A DNA stretch of 64,000 bases from a virus (lineage: Duplodnaviria; Caudoviricetes). The DNA lies in IMG/VR virus record IMGVR_UViG_3300037067_026422. One strand, written 5' to 3'. Positions 56,678 to 64,000 of the stretch are shown here, in pieces (positions within the stretch are counted from its first letter, which is position 1; each line of letters starts with the position of its first letter). The position numbers were made by a program, and so were the translations under genes. Under the pieces are notes generated by a model. The model was not told the DNA's origin. It made no database searches and saw only the letters and a list, made by a program, of their open reading frames with translations.

Positions 56678-57865
56678 TTAAGGTGTCCCAAGCTGCTGAA
56701 ATTGCTTCATTGCTTGAGCCATTTCATCATATTTTTTAGCTTTAGTTCGGGATTGGGTAGCTAGAGCTTTAAACTCTGCTACATCCGTCTTCGGGTTACC
56801 CCCAATACCTTTCACAGTAGTCCCCGTGGATATAGCATCCTTATTGGTCGAATCTTCCCTATACTGGGCTATAACACTCCGAGTCATCCTCTGAATATCA
56901 AATGAAAATTTTTTGACTGGTTCAGCCATAAGACTTCCTTTTGGTTGATCTATAATGTCACCTTCATTTCTTTCGGTCTTATTTTCATCCACGGGCTCAA
57001 AAATACCCCTATCCGGAGCATTTTTGGACTTCTCTTCAAGAGGATGCTCTTGCTGTGTAGCCTGCTGCATCTTTTGAAGTGCCGGGCCTACAACTTTATT
57101 AAAAACATCCTGACCCCCCTGGTAATATCCTCCCTGAACATCATCCTCTTTAGGCTGACTTCCATCCGGCATCCGCAAACCCCCCACATTACCCTGCCCA
57201 ACCCAAATTCGATACTGATCGAACATTTGAACAAAATCTTTATACTGTTCAGCATTACCCTGTGGCATAAAACCTTTATTTATAGCCAAACGAGCTATAT
57301 TAGCTGGAGGCTCCGCATTTACATAAACTGAATCACTGGAAGTATCCAGGTTAATGATCTGTCTTGATCCATCCATCTTATATATCGCAAGATCTGCCTC
57401 AATCTGTCGAGCAGGTATAAGATTATCTGGATATACTCTCTCAGTCCCTGCAGATTTTCTACCATCATTGGTGAGACCACACTCATATGCCACTACTTTT
57501 TCCTCACCGCGTGAGTATTGATTAGTGACTATAATTAACTTTTTCCATTGAAAATAATCCGCATGAAAAGCCCCAGTATTGCCCCCCTGAAGCTTCTTTA
57601 TGAGAGATTCTTTCTCACCCCGAGTATCCTCTGATTCAGAATTCAAAATACTTGCTACCCCATCAAAATTGATACTCATCTCTTTTGGTGCCAAATAATA
57701 ATAATATCTACGGGTATAGGGTAAAATCTGCTTTTGAGTTTCTGCCGGAACTTGTTCTTTACTTTGTGTATCAGTATCCACTGGTGGTGCCTGCTCAGGA
57801 ATAGAAGTTTCCTTACCTGCCGTGAACATCCTTAACACATGATTCAAAATCTTCTTATCGACCAT
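56678..57865 (-). CDS. Hypothetical (probable virion) protein
   Basis: 395 aa ORF in structural block. Confidence 0.6.
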   Translation of the reverse strand: MVDKKILNHVLRMFTAGKETSIPEQAPPVDTDTQSKEQVPAETQKQILPYTRRYYYYLAPKEMSINFDGVASILNSESEDTRGEKESLIKKLQGGNTGAFHADYFQWKKLIIVTNQYSRGEEKVVAYECGLTNDGRKSAGTERVYPDNLIPARQIEADLAIYKMDGSRQIINLDTSSDSVYVNAEPPANIARLAINKGFMPQGNAEQYKDFVQMFDQYRIWVGQGNVGGLRMPDGSQPKEDDVQGGYYQGGQDVFNKVVGPALQKMQQATQQEHPLEEKSKNAPDRGIFEPVDENKTERNEGDIIDQPKGSLMAEPVKKFSFDIQRMTRSVIAQYREDSTNKDAISTGTTVKGIGGNPKTDVAEFKALATQSRTKAKKYDEMAQAMKQFQQLGTP

Positions 57866-57868
57866 ATC

Positions 57869-60800
57869 TTAACCTCTTATAATGGGTCTACCCACCAGTT
57901 CAAAGATATCAACTACATCCCTATCAAAAAATGGGTTCAGTATATTCTTTTCATAATCTACAGTTTCACCCGCAACAACCATTAAGTATACTTTTCCCAT
58001 AAGATCGGGGTTATTTTCCATATATCCCTTCCCAGATCTTATGAATAAATAAAATTGATAAACTTTCTTATGCATAGGATCAGCCAAAATAGATACATCA
58101 TTATAAGCAACATAAGGCCTACCTTCACCCACCTTATATATTGCATTACCACTGATAGTCAATTTAAAGTTATTTCTACCTCTTTTTGCTGTGGTATCCG
58201 ATCCTAAAATAAAGTCATTAGTTAAAGCATTCAGGGGATCCTGAAGTTTTCTCTTGGGGGAGGTCATTATGAGATCTCCATTATCAGACCCTGATGTCAA
58301 AGGATTAGAATAGCACTTGTAATCTGTAATATCCCCTGATGACACTACGCTCAAAGCCGGTAACCTATCTACCACATTTGATATAACAGAATCAGCAACA
58401 TCCAATCGTATTATCTGGTACACAGCAGAAGATATACTATCCTCAGCATAATTTTCAGCAAGCGTAAGTCCCGTGTCTGATTCTACACTAAGTATCCTGT
58501 AACTTCTTGCAGATCCTCCTATCGCTATATAATCACCAGACGCTACATAAGCTACCCACTCTGTACTATTACCAACTACTGCCGGGGTACCCGAGACAAA
58601 AGAAACGGTACCAATAGCATAGGTGTAGTTTACTATTCCCCCCGATCCCAGCGTAGTAATAACTCCTGGACCCTCTTCAACAACTTTTCCATAAATTGCA
58701 TCACCAGTAGTATTGAGCATACCTTGATATGGGACAGTTTTATAGTAGAAATTATAAGGAGCTTCAGTATTAGTCACATAGCTATGTACCAACACCGGCA
58801 CTCTTATCGTCGGATAACTTGAAGAAACTGACACATACATAACCGTAGGCAGCATATCTTCAGTGTAGCTATCCCCACTAATAATTGGGAGGCTTCTATT
58901 TATAGCAGGATCAGAAACAAAAACTGCCTGTGTTTCTGTATTAGCCCCTGTAGCATAGTACCCAAAGGAGCCTACAACACCTGATGCCATAGATGTAGCC
59001 AATTTTATTATGGGCTTATCTCCAGTATCAATCTTATATATACCAGGACTATCATATGTAGCGATTACCTCTATAAGTTCATATGTGTCTATTATCCCTC
59101 TACCCTGTTTGGATAATTCGAAAAACTTAACCGAATCCGCTACAGAGTAAGAATCACCCGAGTTCTGAAGGAATTTGCTACCTGTATATAAGACTATTAC
59201 TAACGCTTTATTTGAGTATCCAGAAGCTGTTATGATATAATCAGTAACAGCATAAGGAGAAGTTGTCACCAATCTTTCCACAGTAAAAATTACGGGCACC
59301 AATTCCTCTGATACTGACTGGTATACAGCTTTTACTCCAAGTATATAATGCTGTCCAAATTTACTATTAGCATCAAGAGAAATAGTTATTGTATCCGAAC
59401 CGCTGGTAGTTCTGTATAAGACTAATTCATGTCCAAAATTTGATAACTCAGTATAGTTACCCCCACAGTATCTTAAGAAATCTATATCACTGATATAAGT
59501 AGGGTCCCCTGGATTACCTGGAAAACCCGACTCACCAGATGAAGCCCCAAAATTAAGAAGCTCACCAGAAATATTATGCTTTAACAAAGCATCATTATCC
59601 CGTGTAGCAATTGTAACCGTATCATTTTTTGTTATACCAAGAAATTCTTTAGGGATGTCTTTAAAACCATTTGAAGATGAGTAATATTTATAAGTAAATT
59701 CCATAAAGAGCCTATTAGACGTACCTGTTATAGGATAGAGGCCCTCATTTGCTATAGTTATACTGACCCCATCAGTGGTAACCCCAGTTACCAAACCCTG
59801 ATCTGAATAAAAATAAATTTTATTTGAATCCGGAAATTCACCATCCGGCAGAGTAACCTTTGAGGCTATCGTGAAACTACCCGCAACCCAGACTGCTCCT
59901 CCATTGGTTATCTCAACAATATTATGGTCATGAACTATCTCAGCATTACAAAAAGCTCTCCTCTTAAAAGTTGAGGAAGCAACATCCGATCCCACTCCGA
60001 TATCCGGGATATTATCCCCCCCAGGACTATTTACACGCTCAATTTTTATAAGGGTATTACCCCCAGAGCAGGCATTGGTTATTGAACCATTCTCATCAGC
60101 ACCTTTTTTCAGAGTAGTAGTAAGATCCCCCGCTAATAATTTACTGATAGTTTCATCTACCAAACATTTAAGGTCGGAAGAGGTAATAATCTTATGCCTT
60201 AAATCCACGATATCATCTTTGTAAATTATATCTGATACTTTGTTATCCGGGCGATCAGATCGATATCCTTCAATCATCATCTCTTTAGTAACTTTTGTCT
60301 CATTTATTCTGGTAGCACTAAATTCCATACTGGACAAAATCCTGCGAGACACTATGCACATCGGAATGGCATACACATAACCATCTACAGTGTTAAGGTA
60401 TTCTTTATTGCTCTCCGACCCATCTCCTGCAATATATAGCCCAGGATCAGAAGACCCAAATTTTTCAAAAGTCTGAAAAGTAGCTTCTCCAGTAGTTCTT
60501 CCACCTATAGGAGATATATTTATAAGATCAAAAATTTCTTTGGTGACATCAATAAGAGAAGAAGAAACTCTCACATGGCGTATACGGTACTGTATCTGGA
60601 CTCTTTTAGTAGTTTCACACCCTACCACATTCCATTCTATTTCATTATCAGAATACGGGTAGGTCAAAACATTACCATATGGATAGATATCATCATCAGT
60701 ACCCACTAATTTCCGCCAGACTTCCAGAAATACAAAATTATACAATTGTCCAGAGGGGGCATCAAGTCTTATAACATTATTGCTATCACTACTTTCTGTA

Positions 60801-61132
60801 CCCTGAACAAGAATAGGCCACCCATTTACTACAGCTATATTGTTATTCAAGGATACCAATTTAAAAGTATTTGCATCATAACTCTCTGAGCATATTATGC
60901 AGCCGGTTCTTGCATCTGTTTCAAGAGTACTCTGTAAGATTTCATTTGGGTACAGCCACCCTGAAGGCAAAGAAACTTTGGCGAGGTTTTGAACTTTTTC
61001 ATTACCTATCTGATTTATAAGATTCCATTCCGAGGTCAAAGGAGGGTGCTTATATTGAAAGACTACATTATCAATATTCCTATCAGCAACACTGAGAACT
61101 CTATTTTGTTCACTCCCAAAGTTATCTGCCAT
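57869..61132 (-). CDS. Baseplate/tail structural protein
   Basis: VVFQ...PPL.SEWNL, VFLEVW, ETTKRVQIQYR, VDGYVYAIP, RPD, DIVDLRH; tail-fibre-like GTVSF..G...V.G.ST.W. Confidence 0.7.
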   Translation of the reverse strand: MADNFGSEQNRVLSVADRNIDNVVFQYKHPPLTSEWNLINQIGNEKVQNLAKVSLPSGWLYPNEILQSTLETDARTGCIICSESYDANTFKLVSLNNNIAVVNGWPILVQGTESSDSNNVIRLDAPSGQLYNFVFLEVWRKLVGTDDDIYPYGNVLTYPYSDNEIEWNVVGCETTKRVQIQYRIRHVRVSSSLIDVTKEIFDLINISPIGGRTTGEATFQTFEKFGSSDPGLYIAGDGSESNKEYLNTVDGYVYAIPMCIVSRRILSSMEFSATRINETKVTKEMMIEGYRSDRPDNKVSDIIYKDDIVDLRHKIITSSDLKCLVDETISKLLAGDLTTTLKKGADENGSITNACSGGNTLIKIERVNSPGGDNIPDIGVGSDVASSTFKRRAFCNAEIVHDHNIVEITNGGAVWVAGSFTIASKVTLPDGEFPDSNKIYFYSDQGLVTGVTTDGVSITIANEGLYPITGTSNRLFMEFTYKYYSSSNGFKDIPKEFLGITKNDTVTIATRDNDALLKHNISGELLNFGASSGESGFPGNPGDPTYISDIDFLRYCGGNYTELSNFGHELVLYRTTSGSDTITISLDANSKFGQHYILGVKAVYQSVSEELVPVIFTVERLVTTSPYAVTDYIITASGYSNKALVIVLYTGSKFLQNSGDSYSVADSVKFFELSKQGRGIIDTYELIEVIATYDSPGIYKIDTGDKPIIKLATSMASGVVGSFGYYATGANTETQAVFVSDPAINRSLPIISGDSYTEDMLPTVMYVSVSSSYPTIRVPVLVHSYVTNTEAPYNFYYKTVPYQGMLNTTGDAIYGKVVEEGPGVITTLGSGGIVNYTYAIGTVSFVSGTPAVVGNSTEWVAYVASGDYIAIGGSARSYRILSVESDTGLTLAENYAEDSISSAVYQIIRLDVADSVISNVVDRLPALSVVSSGDITDYKCYSNPLTSGSDNGDLIMTSPKRKLQDPLNALTNDFILGSDTTAKRGRNNFKLTISGNAIYKVGEGRPYVAYNDVSILADPMHKKVYQFYLFIRSGKGYMENNPDLMGKVYLMVVAGETVDYEKNILNPFFDRDVVDIFELVGRPIIRG

Positions 61133-61137
61133 GACTT

Positions 61138-62106
61138 TTATCCTACTTTATTTTTACTAATGAAATTATGTCGCATCATATCGAGAGGATATATAATTTC
61201 CTGCTCGAATCTTGGGATCTTAAGAGCAAACAGGACAAGATTCCTGTAATCCAACTTCAAATCCTCAAACATATCTTTATTTATAAACCAACTTGATGGA
61301 TATGAAGTATTCTTTTTAAAAACTTCATCTATATATACAAAATTAGACAGCATCAACAAAACATTTGATACTACTGATTTTATCTTTTCAAAACTCTGAA
61401 TGACATTAGGAATAAGTACAGTATTAACTACCTTCTTCTCCTCATCGCATACATCAAACAGAGTCATATTTAACTTATGTGTAAGTCTATCAATAGACTT
61501 TAATATCATACTTATATAAAATTCAAGCTTATCCCAATCCTCATCCTCTTCAACACCATTTCTTAGGTTTATTATAACCTGCTGGGTTTGCTTTGCCCCC
61601 CACATAGTATTAATCAATCGACCGTGAGTTAAAGACAAGACATCTTCACGACATACCTTCAAAGTCTCATTTATATCATGTAATGCCTGTGCAAATTCCT
61701 TTAGTTTAATAAGAAACCTATCTGGGGCAAAGACTTCTTCCAGATCAAACTTAACCGGATGATTATGTGGAATCTCCATGGATTGATTTATAATCTTTAC
61801 TGAAGAATCAAGCCCACTCTTTAATTTATTGATGATAGTGTTGGATATCTTTGAATCAGCACTGATGTAATATTCCATAGGCTTTGATGGATTAGTTTCT
61901 ATGCTGTTCAATACTAAATCTTTTACCAGATGTGCTATTTTTTCAAAACCTGCCCCTAATTTACTACAATCAAATAACTCACACCCATCTACAGAAATAT
62001 TTGATTTTTTACCATTGGAAGTAAGATCAAAAGACCTATTGCCCACTTTGAACTGGGCAATAATGATATTATTAGAAACCTTAATATTAGTCAGCAAATG
62101 CTTCAT
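61138..62106 (-). CDS. Hypothetical protein
   Basis: 322 aa ORF. Confidence 0.6.
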   Translation of the reverse strand: MKHLLTNIKVSNNIIIAQFKVGNRSFDLTSNGKKSNISVDGCELFDCSKLGAGFEKIAHLVKDLVLNSIETNPSKPMEYYISADSKISNTIINKLKSGLDSSVKIINQSMEIPHNHPVKFDLEEVFAPDRFLIKLKEFAQALHDINETLKVCREDVLSLTHGRLINTMWGAKQTQQVIINLRNGVEEDEDWDKLEFYISMILKSIDRLTHKLNMTLFDVCDEEKKVVNTVLIPNVIQSFEKIKSVVSNVLLMLSNFVYIDEVFKKNTSYPSSWFINKDMFEDLKLDYRNLVLFALKIPRFEQEIIYPLDMMRHNFISKNKVG

Positions 62107-62108
62107 AT

Positions 62109-62696
62109 TTATGATGTAATCCTGAATATCACCGTGACACTCATTGTCGAGGTCTTATTCACTACAGGAAATGTACGCCAGTTAATCATCGTACCAGAAT
62201 TTACTTCAGAAGTAGCGTCCCCACCGAACAAACCCATCTCCACAATCGGACCTACTGCTTCACCCTCACCTAAAGTCACAGCATAATCTACAATGTTCGT
62301 ATAGGCACTTGTAGGCTCTCCAGTCTCAGGGTGTACGAAGGTGGACAAATCAATAGCCTTACGATAGAACTCATTCTCCAGATATATCTGGGAGGTTGTA
62401 GGAGCTGGTGGATCAAATAAATCCCATTCCCCACTCCCACTACCAATTGCCAGGTAAGATATTCCTCGCTGTGGCTCTGTGTTGTTCTTGAGAAGACGTG
62501 CAATGAGTATCGAAGCAGTATTAACTATGATATTTGTATGATGGTAACTATATACCAGCTTACCTTCCTGAGCCATATCATATGCCTTGAGGATTAACTC
62601 ACCCTTTAATCCCGGGACATCCTCCTTCTCATGCATCACAGAATTAAACTTAAACATATTCAAGACTCTTTTGGTTTTTTCTTTGAAAAAGCTCAT
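62109..62696 (-). CDS. Tail/baseplate protein (tail-collar-like)
   Basis: NIIVN, YLAIGSG, L.NE..RK, EA.G.I.EMGLF, F.V.NK. Confidence 0.7.
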   Translation of the reverse strand: MSFFKEKTKRVLNMFKFNSVMHEKEDVPGLKGELILKAYDMAQEGKLVYSYHHTNIIVNTASILIARLLKNNTEPQRGISYLAIGSGSGEWDLFDPPAPTTSQIYLENEFYRKAIDLSTFVHPETGEPTSAYTNIVDYAVTLGEGEAVGPIVEMGLFGGDATSEVNSGTMINWRTFPVVNKTSTMSVTVIFRITS

Positions 62697-62765
62697 GGTA
62701 AATCCTTCTGGTGTTTTACACTTTACCCCATAAAAAGCAAAATATATTGATAGATTATTAAAATC

Positions 62766-63998
62766 TTAGAATATAGGAACAAGCTGTTGTATTTCTGTTA
62801 TCTGAACTAAATCATCGTGTCTAAGCTCACGTATTAACATCTTATTAATCTTATAACTGGAATCGTTTAAGTGATATTCAGGTCGTTCTACCACAGGATT
62901 AGACAATCTTCTAATATCATCATGCTCATTAGCAGTCAATAATATAAGACCTTTAGGATAAGACCCTGCCGGGGCACTCAAAGATACCAACTCTACAGAA
63001 GTAATAAGGGTACCTGAGAATCTTATTTCCCGAAGGGATGCTGAGCTAACTTCCCAGAATGTCATAAGGATATTATCCCCTATATCATCACCAGTTAAGA
63101 TAGGATCTTCCTCTATTATCCCAGAAGGGGTCAAATTAACAATCATCATGTCCTGATCAAAGTTCCTCCACTGTACCCGATACTCTGCTTCACTATAAGA
63201 GATATATGCCCCGGTATCTCCAGAAGGAATCGTATAGACATCATAGGCATCTACTGTTCTTGGATTCGGATATTCAACAGGACCTGTGATTCCAAGATTA
63301 AGAGCTCCTACTGGTCCTGTTACCCCTACCATACCAGTAAAGCCATAGGTTCTTCCTTCAGCATCTATTATGTTGGATGTATTTACTATCCCAGTTACAC
63401 CTTTCGAACGATTAGTGATGTATGTCTTACCATCTATGATAGAAGGCTCTATATCATAGTAAGAAACTGAAGGGTGACCTATCCAAGGATTATCAGGATT
63501 TCGAGGATATGGATCAGGATCCGGATCAGGAAAAGTTATTGTATACCCTTCAGGATAGTGAGCTATTTGATCTGCAGATAAACCATAATTAAATCCTATT
63601 TTATTATTCAGCACCAGTAATCTATTTACCTTATCCAGGTATACATCTACTGCATAAGTTTTACTTCTGGTAAGTATATAGTCATATTCACCCGATGTAC
63701 CACTATAAGGTTTGCTTAATCTCCCCGTCTCAAAGTCAATTATTTCTATAAGAGTCCCATTAACATCTTTATAAACTGTCTCCCAATGTCCCGTACCTAT
63801 CGGACCTACCCACTCCCTAAAGGGAACATTTTTAAGAGTTAATAGATCTCCAATATTAAGCGATCTGAAATTAACCGTCTTACTCTTTATAATTACAGAA
63901 CCTTTAATTACATTCACCTGACCATATCTCAACTCTGTTGGCACCTGATTTATAAAATCAAGATAATCATTCGTACGAAGCTCCCGATCCGGGTAATA
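62766..63998 (-). CDS. Structural protein, C-terminal part (frame is open to the window edge)
   Basis: No stop upstream of 63944 in frame (YYPDRELRTNDYLDFINQV...); G.TG collagen-like and PDPDPDP segments. Confidence 0.6.
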   Translation of the reverse strand, partial: YYPDRELRTNDYLDFINQVPTELRYGQVNVIKGSVIIKSKTVNFRSLNIGDLLTLKNVPFREWVGPIGTGHWETVYKDVNGTLIEIIDFETGRLSKPYSGTSGEYDYILTRSKTYAVDVYLDKVNRLLVLNNKIGFNYGLSADQIAHYPEGYTITFPDPDPDPYPRNPDNPWIGHPSVSYYDIEPSIIDGKTYITNRSKGVTGIVNTSNIIDAEGRTYGFTGMVGVTGPVGALNLGITGPVEYPNPRTVDAYDVYTIPSGDTGAYISYSEAEYRVQWRNFDQDMMIVNLTPSGIIEEDPILTGDDIGDNILMTFWEVSSASLREIRFSGTLITSVELVSLSAPAGSYPKGLILLTANEHDDIRRLSNPVVERPEYHLNDSSYKINKMLIRELRHDDLVQITEIQQLVPIF

Positions 63999-64000
63999 CT

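Noticed and set aside
92-62286. Plus-strand ORFs in the ORF track
   Set aside because: All are short antisense shadows of longer minus-strand genes with no recognisable motifs.
63500-63535. GGATCA/GGATCC short tandem repeat
   Set aside because: Simply encodes a Pro-Asp linker in a structural protein.
1-64000. Stop-codon reassignment
   Set aside because: Conserved genes (ligase, polymerase, helicases) are intact under the standard code, and TAA, TAG and TGA all end genes.
1-64000. cas genes or a full CRISPR array
   Set aside because: No ORF shows Cas motifs and no locus has more than two regularly spaced repeats.

Overview
AT-rich, densely coding 64 kb segment with essentially every credible gene on the minus strand. 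Gene content (tail/baseplate-like proteins, intein-bearing family A DNA polymerase and SNF2 helicase, DnaB, NAD-dependent ligase, two sigma factors, Rnl1-type RNA ligase, Thg1, UDG, lytic transglycosylase) points to a large (jumbo-type) bacteriophage. In window order: a ~13 kb glycosyltransferase/methyltransferase island (1-13.3 kb); small accessory and RNA/DNA-repair genes (13.5-26.6 kb); an accessory region (26.6-39 kb) with an E1/ThiF enzyme, a JAB protease, a probable ubiquitin-like protein, a TROVE/vWA (Ro60-like) protein, an acyl carrier protein, five Ser/Arg-rich micropeptides and several tRNA-mimic RNAs; a replication module (41-56.4 kb); and structural genes (56.7-64 kb). The most unusual non-gene signals are: (i) a type I-E-like CRISPR repeat-spacer-repeat unit written in frame inside the DNA polymerase intein (48009-48096); (ii) a promoter-to-terminator non-coding cassette (35440-35875) in which a tRNA-Asn mimic is flanked by two type I-C-like CRISPR repeats and followed by a solitary I-E-like repeat plus a 32-nt guide-sized segment; (iii) two circularly permuted tRNA-like (YrlA Y RNA-like) domains at 28066-28419. 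No cas genes are present in the window. All assignments are by eye from motifs; no database searches were run.
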